Both the position numbers and the translations under genes were made by a program. Positions 53,001-64,000 of a stretch of DNA of 64,000 nt are shown here, piece by piece. The notes below the pieces were generated by a model. It did not search any database. It was not told the origin of the DNA and saw only the letters and a program-made list of their open reading frames with translations. How positions within the stretch are numbered: position 1 is the first letter of the stretch; every line of letters begins with the position of its first letter. Origin of the DNA: Octopus bimaculoides (Eukaryota); contig NC_068981.1 in assembly GCF_001194135.2 (NCBI RefSeq), positions 39,664,141 to 39,728,140 on the forward strand, read 5' to 3'.

Positions 53001-53178
53001 CTGAAATTTCATTTCAACTGAAGGACATATTTTTGTAACTATATTTAAACTCTCCAAGTAGAAAGGAAGAATAAAAAAGAACATTTTGACTTAGCCAGAC
53101 CATACAGGCTAGTAATTAATTCTAAGCAGATTTTTAACTGTCACTGATTTTATTTGTTTTTTTTTTGCTAGAGGGATT

Positions 53179-53284
53179 ATACATACATACATACATACAT
53201 ACATACATACATACATACATACATACGTAGGTAGATAGGTAGGTAGGTAGGTAGGTAGGTAGGTAGGTAGGTAGGTAGGTAGAT
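53179..53284. repeat. (CATA)n abutting (GGTA)n microsatellite
   Basis: Direct repeat. Confidence 0.96.
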
Positions 53285-53289
53285 AATAT

Positions 53290-53600
53290 GCCCTGAAAGT
53301 TCAGTATACTTGCATTCCGATATTTTGGATAATGAACTTTCGCATGTCGATTTTCTGAGCATTTTTTCGATGTGATTTCTATACTAAGTTTGCAGCTGGT
53401 ATGTGTATTTGGGAGAGATCTATGCGTATGCTGGATAGTCTTTATATCTGCCTTCTGTTACTGTATTGTGCATATTATATCTTTCTGTGAATCTGCGGCA
53501 AATTTTGTATTACCCGTGCTTACATATATGTGCCGGCGACGCTAAAACTGAATACTTGCTGATATCACTGATTCTCTCAAACGATCACTTGCTATCCAAG
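53290..53600 (-). mobile_element. Possible RTE LINE RT remnant (domain 5-6)
   Basis: DYPAYA*ISPKYTYQLQT resembles 'DLDYADDIALLS.T..QLQ'. Weak. Confidence 0.3.
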
Positions 53601-54479
53601 CAATATTTGCTACTCTGGGATAGTTAGGATAATTCGTTTGCTACAGTGCATCTCAATGAATAAGGAAAACTAAAATTGTGTAGCGTACTCATGGCAGTAC
53701 ATTTGGATACTTATTTTCATATTTGACATGTGGATGCGATTATTATATAATTTTCAGTGCACCCATCCATTTCTACGTTCAATGCAAATTCGTTATGGTT
53801 CAGTGCTTCGACATCCCTTCACAATGACAATTATGTCGTATGCTAGTAGTATTTGTAATTTTCAAGAACATAAACTGAATTGACCGTGGCATTTCAACAA
53901 TTAATGGAATAAAGTTCTCTTCTATCCATTCATTCCCTGCTTATGCACTGACTTATGGCTAAAACATTTTATGTACCCTAGATTCGCAGCAAATTATATT
54001 TTACCGTTAACAGGCCTTATAGACACAGGGCGGAAACATACGATTGGTTTTCAACAAATCGTATCCTTCCGGCCCTCTACTATGCTATACTGAAATTTAG
54101 ATAATTCTTTTCGACAATTGTTATTTCCACAATAACAAAAAAAAAACTGAATTAGTCAAAATAAAATAAACTCTTATGCTTCATCACAAAATCGTGTACA
54201 ACTTATCCCGTTCACGAATATAGACAAATGTGTGTGTATTTGAGAGTGTCTACATGTCTGTCTATTTAGCTGGTGGACTGACTATCTGTGTAGAAGAAAG
54301 ATGCACATGTCTCTAGGCAGAACATTTTTAGCTGATCTGAGAGTGATATTTAATCACTGAGAGTGTAAATTGACTCAACAGGTAGCTGCTGCTATCATAA
54401 TGTATATTATAAAAAACATGAGTAGAAGTAGGTATTGCTTATATATATATATATGGGTATATGCATAATACATAAGTTG

Positions 54480-54498
54480 TATGTGTGTATATGTGCGT

Positions 54499-54586
<88 letters not shown>

Positions 54587-54819
54587 ATATACGTAAGTAT
54601 TTTTGTATTTTTATATTAGAAAGTTACACTGCATGTACATTATAATGTATATTATGGAAATATATTTAGTCATCTGAATCTACACCTCTTTCTCTCGCTC
54701 CCTCACCCAACATCCTGTCATATGCACATATTTCTATCCATGAAATCTCTATCCATCTTACGCAGTTTTAAAGTCATTTTCACACCCACACCCACACACA
54801 CACACACACACACGTATAC

Positions 54820-54885
<66 letters not shown>

Positions 54886-54890
54886 TTGTG

Positions 54891-54930
<40 letters not shown>
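54480..54930. repeat. (TG)n, (CA)n, (TA)n and (TGTA)n tracts
   Basis: Direct repeats. Confidence 0.93.
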
Positions 54931-55096
54931 NNNNNNNNNNNNNNNNNNNNNNNNNNNNNNNNNNNNNNNNNNNNNNNNNNNNNNNNNNNNNNNNNNNNNN
55001 NNNNNNNNNNNNNNNNNNNNNNNNNNNNNNNNNNNNNNNNNNNNNNNNNNNNNNNNNNNNNNNNNNNNNNNNNNNNNNNNNNNNNNNNNNNNNNNN
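54931..55096. other. Assembly gap (N-run)
   Basis: N-run. Confidence 0.99.
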
Positions 55097-55349
55097 TCCG
55101 ATCTTATATATCGAACGTAAGATCACCGAATGCCGTGTTATTATCCTTGAGAGATCCTTTTATGCGCCCTAGGTACATAAAAGCATACACATAGATCGTA
55201 GTATCACCAAATGCCGATAAGGGATCTCAAGGCTTATAACGCAGGCATCTATGTTAAGTTGAATATAAAGATTATCTTTTGTTATCAAAATTGCTTCCGT
55301 CGCCAACAATTAATCTCTCTCTTTCTCTTTTTCTCTCTTTCCCTCCTCC

Positions 55350-55431
<82 letters not shown>

Positions 55432-55519
55432 CTAATGGATCATATTTCGAAAAAAGAAGCACACTTTAAAAGTTAGAGCAGTAATGTATTTACATGACGT
55501 TAAATATATGTCCGGTCAT

Positions 55520-56115
55520 AAGAGTGACCAATGGTTCCTGTTGTTGGGAACAACAGCAGAAACAACAACAACAACAACTGAAAAATAGAAGCAACAACAA
55601 CAACAATTGCAAATACAGCAACAAATGACGCAATTAATGAATGATCAGTCGTCAGGAAACGTAGAAAAATGTTCTCACCAGATTATGTTGCGCACTCGAT
55701 AACAGAGTTTAAGTACGTACCATACAAAGGAATTACCTTCGTGGCTTAATATAGAAGATACGAACAAATCTTGAATAAAGACGACGATATGAAAACGTGT
55801 TTCGTTTTAAGAAAACTGATAGGAGAACATTAGCAGGAGAGTATGAGCAATTAAGTACTCCCAAACAAACCTTCTGCTTTAAAGATACAATAAACATATT
55901 GTGTAAAATTTTTAGTGAGAAAAGCTCGTTGTTCAGTATATGTTGGAAATGTTTGAACCTAGAAAAGAATAACGAAGAGGAGTACATCACATAAGCTGGT
56001 AGAGTTAACAGGGAATGTGAAAAGTAAGTTCAAGCTGGATGAATTAACACCAGATATGTTCAAGTGCTTGATATTTCCTCAGGGACAAAATGCAGAGAAA
56101 GACGCAGAAGATATA
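55520..56115 (+). mobile_element. Ty3/Gypsy (K02A2.6-like) LTR retrotransposon gag remnant
   Basis: Poly-Q start, then FSPDYVAHSITEFKYVPYKGITF..YRRYE, LRKL, DTINILCKIFSEKSSLFSICWKCLNLEK..EEYIT*AGRVNRECE and KFKLDELTPDMFKCLIF.QG...EKDAE, a characteristic K02A2.6-type gag layout with stops and frameshifts. Confidence 0.85.
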
Positions 56116-56574
56116 GATCTCGTTTCAGAGCTTAGGAGAGTTTCTGGGTCAGTCGAGTCTTTAAGGATCTTTGCCTGCTCTGCTATGCAAAGCTTGCATC
56201 GTCCGCTCCAGTTTATATAGAACTGTCACGGTTTTCTACCTCCAGTTCCAATAGAAGATATATGCCCGCGGGAAATGGAGTCTGACGAATAGTGTATAAA
56301 GTTAAGCGTTTTATAGATGCGAAACCATTGGTTACTGTTTGAACGAACATATATCTAACTTATAGTGATAACGCTATGACATGAAATGGTCGGTGGTGTG
56401 AGACGCCATGCTGCGTACAGATATCTAAAATGTATCTTAATGTTTTCACTCTGATTCCTTATACACGAATATGCTTATTGCACACGTATGTATATTAATA
56501 CAATATATGTATAGTCAATATGAGAGATAATCGCACATACACACGCGCATATACATACGCATGCACACGCACAT

Positions 56575-56590
56575 ACACACAAAAATCTCT

Positions 56591-56639
<49 letters not shown>

Positions 56640-56912
56640 CCTGCGCGTGTGCGTACACTGTATAGTTTGCGTATGCAATTAGTGTATTCGTGTGTAATGG
56701 GAGAGTAATTGCAAGATCATAAAGATTAACTCTAGATATTTGTCGGAAAGCGTGTATCTGATATATACATATGTATATATACATGTGCGCGTTGTGTATG
56801 TGTATTTGTATGTTTGCGAGTGTGTGTGTGTATGTATGTATACATACATACATATACATATGTATGTATAAATATATATTTATGTTGATAAATATATAGA
56901 CATAGAAATGAG

Positions 56913-56955
<43 letters not shown>

Positions 56956-57010
56956 TATATACTTGTATATACATGTGTGTGTTTGTGTGATATATATAGA
57001 GACAGAGGGG
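56575..57010. repeat. (TA)n and degenerate TA/TG-rich tracts
   Basis: Direct repeats. Confidence 0.9.
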
Positions 57011-59378
57011 GAGATGAAGGGATGAAGGGGTGGAGGGAGGGAGAAAAAGAGAGCAAATGATAGACAGTGAATGGAAATGTACATTTGAAGTTAAATGACA
57101 TTTAGACAAAGATGAATTGATAGCGGGAGAGAACATAAGGGGAAATACGTTTGTGTGACAGAGGGGTGAAGGAATGAAAAAGCAAATGAAAGTGAGATAG
57201 AGGTGAAGATTTAGGTAACCTTGTATATATATTTTGTTATGCTAATACGTCAATCACATTATTTTTTTTTTTTTAAATACGAAACTTGATTACTGTTCTT
57301 ATCAGAATAAAAAATTACTGTATATAGTTTAAGACAATAATATTCGGATAGAAATATAAGTTTAAGACAGACAATGTAAAGGAGAAACGCGCGTGCACAC
57401 ACAGATACAGGTACACACAAATGGAAACACCCACTTATTCAAACACATATACACACGCATATATAAATGAGTATGGAAGGTGGGTAAGGAGGGTGGTAAT
57501 AATAGATGTCTCGATTGTATTTATTGATAACAAGAGGAGAATAACAAACTGATGCCAGTAGCTGTAATGTCACCAGAATATTTCAAACAATGAAACAAAG
57601 CTTGCCGCAAGAAATTCTTTTATAAATAATGGTTTCCTGAACATTGATGAAATCATGAAAACAATTTCACCTTCAGCATCAATTTTTCTGTATAAGATAT
57701 TTATAAATCTATGTATCGGTATTTTATTTCAGGTAGAATCTATTTCATCAAACGTACTTATTTTCATTTATAACCATTGACATTGCACCAAATTTTTCTT
57801 CCATAAGGTTTGGTGCATTGTTGTTTAGTAACGTTATCCAGATAACCAAAAATTGATTATTTTGGATTGATATTAATTGTATTGATTTATCGAGTTAAAA
57901 TATCATACAGTGCCTGAAATATACTGAAGGAAAGATACAAATATGAAAATATAGTAAATAATTACTTTGGGGTGAAATGTTCAGCTAATGTCGTTTTATT
58001 ATAAAATAAAATGTGAATTTCGAACTGATGACATTTAAAAATCAAATCAAATTCTGAATCAATCTTTTTTTATGAGAAGCATATTAAATATCATAAAAAT
58101 AGAATAATATAGATGTTAATGTAGTACAGCAATCCCTCAGTATATGAACGCTACTATGTCCTCACTGTCAAACGTTAAATAAATTGCAGGTTTTGTAAAG
58201 CCCCATATATAAGGTTAATATGATTTTAAAGGATATGTGCGCGTGTGATTGTGAGTGTGTGTGGGAAAGATAGGGGAAGGAGTGGGTAAAGGATCATAAA
58301 TGCTAGAAATAAATGGACAACAATGATAGAAAATAATGGTGGGCAGTCTTCTCAGTCTCCAGACATGTGCTATGACGCCTCTGCTTGTGATCAAGTGTCT
58401 CGGGCTAGGGGCAAATTTTGCGCCAACACATTGCATATTCATGTTCTCTGTGAAAACGTCCAGCAGATTGTACTATCGATTTCAGTCCTGATCGATAGTT
58501 CAGCGCCTATGTAGACAACACGGACTGCTGCTGCTGCTACTACTACTACCACGACATTCACAACCTTCAACAATTGTCTTCGCCATCACTGCTGCCAACC
58601 TACAGACGTCCTCAGCACTCCCTTCCCCAGCGTCAACGTCTCCAATGTGACCGTTACGACACTAAAAACACCAGCATTTGGTGAACTGCTGCTACTAGCA
58701 CAAGCACCAGACTAATTAGTCAGTTACTGCCCATCAAGCTATCCAAAATGTCAATATCTATGTAAACATACATATTTCTAACAGTATTACTTCTGAGGAT
58801 AGACCCACGTGCCCGAAATGGAATTTTTTTTTTTTATTTCCGCATTGTTAGACGCTTTTTTTATTTCTCATTTCATATATTATTCTACTTCTTTACAACA
58901 ATGCTTCAAGCGAACTACAACGCTCTTCTCTGATGTATTTCAGTTTACTCCTGCTAGGTTTATTCTATATCGCACATTTATCTCTGAAGATACTTCGTAA
59001 CACTTTTCTCACTACTTTACTATTAGTTTCTTTGATAAAATATATTCACGTAATCTTATACTTCTAAAGTATACGTTATAAAGCAAGACTTTTTAAAATT
59101 TCTATTGTTATGCAGTCATTCTTCGAATTATACAATCGTAGTATTCCAAGATTACTTAATCTTTCTTTGTTAAGTGAAACCCCTCATATGTCTCTGGATT
59201 TCCGATTGTTTTGGGTTCTAGTGTTAACTTTTTTTTTTATCTTAACTACAATAAAGCACTCAACATTAAGTTAAAACAGAATTTCAAAGGCCCATAGAAA
59301 CGGAATGTATTTTCTTCGAAAATATAAGAATAATAGTAGGTATACTAACTGAGAAATCAATGTTTATATGCAAAGTAT

Positions 59379-59593
59379 GGCAGTGAGCTATCAGAATTAT
59401 TGGCATGCCGTGCAAATTGCTGAGTGGCGTTTCGTCCGTCCTTACCTTTTGAGTTCAAATTTTGTCGAGGTTGACTTTGCTTTTCATTCTTTTGGATGTA
59501 CCAGTTGAGCATCATTTGGGCACTGGGATCAGTGTAATTGAATTTCTCCCTTTCACGAAGTTTTTGGCTTTGTAGTAAAATTTGAAATTAATA
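59379..59593 (+). mobile_element. Family A SINE
   Basis: Head ggcagtgagctatcagaattattggcatgccg, B-box gagttcaaat, core gaggttgactttgcttttcattc, tail aaaatttgaaattaatatt. Confidence 0.85.
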
Positions 59594-59960
59594 TTTATGT
59601 CCAAAGTAAAAACATCACTGAAGGAAGAAATTATTTACAGTGAATGCATTATGTGCCCCGTTCGTTTATCATTTGCTTTACACCCACGAAAATGTATAAA
59701 CGTCTCGACACGCATTTCACAAAACAAAGTATGAAAGTTTTGAAGGGATTCAAGTGGAAAACCCAATATCATTATTCAAAGAAGGTAAAGAACACCATCC
59801 CAATAAAAGCAGCGATGATCTGCGTCGGTAAAATGATTTTTCTTTGTAAAGTACTAAATCCAGTCAAGAAATCTTGTAATAGAGCTTTTCTGAAAGAACA
59901 GGGTTTTTCTAACATATAAACACTTTTATAGTACTTCGATACAGGAAGATTAAAACCGTT

Positions 59961-60006
59961 TTTAACCCTGACGAAGGACTTCGAAGGAACGTCCGAAATT
60001 TTCTAT
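59961..60006 (+). ncRNA. Partial hammerhead core (Penelope-type)
   Basis: CUGACGA-A-GGAC-uucgaaggaac-GUCC-GAAA (59968-59998) with a perfect 4-bp stem II; stem I/III pairing not recoverable. Confidence 0.4.
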
Positions 60007-60067
60007 TGACAATAGTCCTTAATCTTAAAAAGCATTATATTTTACCAATATTGAAAAAGAGTGAAAA

Positions 60068-60365
60068 CATGTGGTTTAGTGGTTAGGGTATTCGGCTCCC
60101 GATCGTAAGGTCATGATTTCCTTTCATGAACAAGACACTTTATTTCACCTTGTTTCAGTCAACGCAGCTCACAAAAATGAGCTGTACCTGTAATTCAAAT
60201 GGTCAGCCTTGTCACATTTTGTGTCATACTGAATCTCCCTGAGAGCTACGCTAAGGGTACACGTGCCTGTCGAGTGCTCAGTCACTTACACGTTAATTTC
60301 ACGAGCAGGCTGTTTCGTTGATCAGATCAACTGGAACCCTTGTCGTCGTAACCGACGGAGTGCCA
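60068..60365 (+). mobile_element. tRNA-derived SINE, family C
   Basis: A-box-like tggtttagtggttagg, core gaacaagacactttatttcac, tail gtcgtcgtaaccgacggagtgcca; inverse copy at 44645-44884. Confidence 0.85.
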
Positions 60366-60977
60366 GTTATCTAAAGAGGGCGTAGTATCCAGAGTTTCTT
60401 TTACTCCAGCTAATTCTACTTAAGATAATACCACTATTATATAGAGGAGTGTAAGAGATCTATAAATCTAATCACAGTTCAAAGAGAGAAACTGATTTGC
60501 GGTATGTAGTATATTGGGCTCTAAAGTATTTAATTCAGTACTTGAATCTGCCCTTCATGTTTTCGTGTTCATTCAAATAGCTTCTTAGTGATTTTATCCA
60601 CTTCTTCACTTTACTTTTGGACTGCAAGATAAGAAGGAAATCAATATTTCAATTCAAAGTTAAATAATCTGCCAATTGCTACAGCCGATAGTTTTCAGAT
60701 AGTTGACTTGACACAACTCTTGTCACAATTTCAGTAAACTTAGGGAGAAATAAAATTAAATGGATTTATTTGCCAGATATATAAAGTAAACGAATTAAAT
60801 GGATTTGTTTACAAGGAGTCGAAAGATCGGATTTTTAGATAAGATGAATTGCTAATCATAGATTCCTGCACACATGAGCATACACATACGGACACACAAA
60901 CACAAACACAGTCACGCAAAAACGCATATATATTCATATATATAAGCGTGTAACTCTCTCTAAAGTCTGTCTGTCTG

Positions 60978-61028
<51 letters not shown>

Positions 61029-61034
<6 letters not shown>

Positions 61035-61520
61035 GGTGTTTGGACTAAATTTGACAGTTTGCATAAAAAGAAAAGAAAGCAATATCCTATCCAAAAATAG
61101 AAGTATTTTTTAAAAAATCAAAAAGCGTCAGCTAGATTATGGATGGGAGATAACAGTTTACTCAGAAAGTAGCCGCCCTCATCTTCCACCAAGGCCTCAA
61201 GACCGTTCCGCAAGCTGGCACATGGGCTCCTCATTGTGTCCCTGGGAAGGTCTTTGAAACTCTCCTTGACCTTGGTGTTGCAAGCAGAGTGGTCGGTGTC
61301 TTTCTCAAACGCCTCCCACACATATTAATCCATGAAATAACGATCGGGTTAATTATGCGGGTTAGTGATGTCATAGAAATTCTCTGACAAACATTTCTGG
61401 CTTTTTCCAGGTGTATGTGAAGGAGCTGAATTTTGCTGCCACACATATGGCCTTCCAGCAGTAACCTCTCCAGCCAGACTTTGACCACAGTCTCCAGCAG
61501 CTTTACAAAACCGCTTGAAT
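61029..61520 (-). mobile_element. Tc1/mariner DD37D (maT-like) transposon 3' half
   Basis: Minus-strand VKVWLERL...WQQNSAPSH-like and WEAFEKDTDHSACNTK..ESFKDLPRDTMRSPCASLRNGLEALVEDEGGYF match the maT/Bmmar1-type C-terminus; acagagggtg TIR-like end at 61029. Confidence 0.85.
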
Positions 61521-63342
61521 TAAGCTTTTTGACCTGTTAAGAGATTATCCACTGGTCTATCAATGTCATATGAATTCAATATACTGATCGGAAAGTATGC
61601 AGGATCAAATTTTAAGCGTGTGTGCGTATGATTGCATATATTGTTGCTATTATGAAAAAGTATCGTAAGTCCAAAAGGTTTCTTTTTCAGAAAACCAAAA
61701 AAAAATAGTTTCACCATTCCATAGCAAAAACCGTTGTACTACACTTTGACATTTTTTGATATCTTTGCATCTGAAGCAGCTGGAGATACGATAGTTTGAC
61801 CAAAAGAAACGGCTATTGGAAGCAAAAATAAATATTGATAAAAACGCATTTGGCTAAATTTGGACATACGACAGTTTAACATAATAGCAATGATATGTAT
61901 TAATCATCTGCGATATGTTTAATCCATAAAACACAGGTAAGTTTTAAACAGACATAAATGGATCAGCTTTTTTGCCAAATAGAGATCGATAAACAAGTAC
62001 CAAACTGAGTACAAGGGTTAAATAACGGATGAAAACTCTTGAAATCGCGATCCAGACTGCTTACTGTAAAACAACGAAAATTCTCTCTCTCACACAATCT
62101 ATCCATCAATCTCTCCCTTTCCCTCTCACTCTCTCTCTCTCTCTCTGTATATATATTTATATATGTATATATATGGATGTGCATATGCTTTCATCACTAG
62201 CATTCATCTCATCAGAAACTTAGTATTTAGATTCCGTATAAAGAAATTCATATAATTCGTTTATATTATATATCTGGCAAATAATTTCACTCGGTTTTAT
62301 TTCTACAGAATTTGCTGACATTGCAACTGTTTTGTATCAACTATTTCAAAAACTATCGATTGTAGCAACTGGTAAATTATTCAACTTTGAATTGAAATAT
62401 TGATTTCTTTCGTATCTAACAGTTCAAATTTTAAGTATTGAAATGGATAAAACCAGCAGGACGTTATTTGAATGGACACGAAAACTTTAGGAGCAGATTC
62501 ATTTATTGAATCACATTCAAGTATTAAATTAAATACTTTAGAGCACAAAATTCTATTTTCTTATCTCAACGTCTCTCTCTCTCTCTCTCTCTCTTTCAAT
62601 AGTCTATTTATAAACTCATTCTAAAACCAAAGTAACGTACTACGACGTATGTCTGCACGAGCACTCGGCGCCCTACGAGATTACGTCTTCTTTGAAAACT
62701 GACATAGATGAATGTATATTTCATTTAGATGACGTTGAGTAAGTCCTATTTTTGACTTTCAGTCTGAACCCTCCGTCAGTGTCAGAAAGGTTTATCTTTG
62801 TCTATCGAAAAGAGATAAGTGTATTTTTCCCGTTTCTCTCTACTTAACCTAAAAATATTGTTTAACCATTTAGATCATTATTAGTTTCTCTTGACTGAGG
62901 CTCTTTACCTATTCTTTGATTAGTAACATTTGTTTTCGTTTCATCTGTACGAAAGTCATAATGCTTTAAAGGAACGAATGCTAGACATTTGTGAATTTCA
63001 AAGGATATTAGTCATAAATGTGTCTTCAAATGTTAATTGGGCAGAAGCACGCTCTCCATTCACCTCCAATTACCTCTCCATATACTTCATTTCTAATTTT
63101 TAATGTGTATCTTGAGAAAAGAACTATATCAAATTAAAAGAAAACAAACAAACAAAAAAACCTGTACATGACATGCTTTTCCGCCCGAAACAAGTATCCA
63201 ATTGACGCCGATTGAAGAACTCTGAGCTGAAGTAATATTACTTTGTGTCATAAAATGTCAGACAGATAAGTTTGATAATAAATATATACGTATGAACAAA
63301 TAGAGTCAAATATACTTCAGTTCTATATTTAAGAGATGGGGA

Positions 63343-63520
63343 ATTATGTATATTATTTACATTTGACGGATGTTTGACCTCAACTTGTTTGTTGTTAACA
63401 CAACGTTTCGACTCATTTACCCTCCAGCCTTTATCAGGTGTCTTGGGGAAATTTCGAATCTGGGTTCTCATTCCTAAATTATTATTATTATGACGCTCTT
63501 AACCACTACGCCATACGCCC
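63343..63520 (-). mobile_element. Inverted, internally deleted copy of the tRNA-headed hammerhead SINE
   Basis: Reverse complement aligns to 63523-63547 and 63700-63850; lacks the T-arm/B-box and most of the (AAT)n. Confidence 0.9.
63397..63442 (-). ncRNA. Mutated minimal hammerhead (CUGAUAA, G8->A)
   Basis: Minus RNA GACAC-CUGAUAA-A-GGCUG-gaggguaaau-GAGUC-GAAA-CG-UU-GUGUU. Confidence 0.7.
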
Positions 63521-63522
63521 GT

Positions 63523-63619
63523 GGGCATATGACGTAGTGGTTAAGAGTGCGGGCCACTAACCCCAAGATTCCGAGTTCGATTCCAGGCAGTGACCTCAAT
63601 AATAATAATAATAATAATG

Positions 63620-63680
<61 letters not shown>

Positions 63681-63850
63681 TAATAATAATGATAATAATA
63701 ACATCGAAAAATACCTTACGAATAAGAACCTAGATTCGAAATTTCCCGAAGACACCTGATGAAGGCTGGAGGGTATATCAGCCGAAACGTTGTGTTAACA
63801 ACAAATAAGATGAAAACAAATATCCGTCAAATGTAAATAATGTAAATAAT
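63523..63850 (+). mobile_element. tRNA-derived SINE with internal (AAT)n and hammerhead-bearing tail
   Basis: A-box-like tgacgtagtgg (63530-63540), B-box gagttcgattcc (63573-63584), (AAT)n 63598-63701, hammerhead 63751-63796, tail ending aaatgtaaataatgtaaataat. Confidence 0.85.
63751..63796 (+). ncRNA. Minimal type I (Penelope-type) hammerhead ribozyme
   Basis: Stem I GACAC/GUGUU; CUGAUGA (63756-63762); A; stem II GGCUG/CAGCC with a 10-nt loop; GAAA (63784-63787); palindromic AACGUU in place of stem III; GUU triplet. Confidence 0.8.
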
Positions 63851-63860
63851 GTCAAATATA

Positions 63861-64000
63861 GGCGCAGGAGTTGCTCTGTGGTAAGCAGATTGCTTACCGA
63901 CCCCATGGTTCCGGTTCCGTCCCACTGCATGACACCTTGGGCAAGTGTCTTCTACTATAGCCTCGGGCCGACCAAAGCCTTGTGATTGAATTTGGTAGAC
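63861..64000 (+). mobile_element. Family B SINE head plus core, running off the window end
   Basis: ggcgcaggagttgctctgtggtaagcagattgcttaccg...caccttgggcaagtgtcttctactatagcctcgggccgaccaaagccttgtg. Confidence 0.9.

Noticed and set aside
58790-58830. ctgagga...cccgaaa hammerhead-like spacing (similar weak cases at 62185-62220 and 62750-62785 on the minus strand)
   Set aside because: Stems I, II and III cannot be paired; indistinguishable from chance.
63523-63594. Functional tRNA gene
   Set aside because: Acceptor and anticodon stems pair poorly, and it is fused to (AAT)n and a repeat tail; it is a SINE head.

Overview
AT-rich, microsatellite-dense eukaryotic DNA with five N-gaps. The SINE families and repeat content suggest an Octopus/coleoid cephalopod genome (inference). 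I found no host protein-coding exon, rRNA, intact tRNA or CRISPR array; most listed ORFs are translated microsatellites or N-runs. The window reads as an intronic/intergenic transposon graveyard: four Tc1/mariner remnants, a hAT MITE with an 8-bp TSD, a probable Harbinger remnant, a Gypsy gag remnant, CR1-, RTE- and RLE-type LINE remnants and many tRNA-derived SINEs. The most notable signal is non-coding. (1) A complete type I hammerhead ribozyme lies on the minus strand (45481-45531) at the tip of a ~151-155-nt rod-like element resembling a circularly permuted retrozyme/viroid-like RNA. (2) A tRNA-headed SINE carries a Penelope-type minimal hammerhead and forms a head-to-head palindrome with a catalytically mutated twin (63343-63850). 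Several decayed hammerhead cores occur elsewhere. All translations and folds were done by eye, so TE boundaries are approximate. I could not check whether these families are already catalogued.
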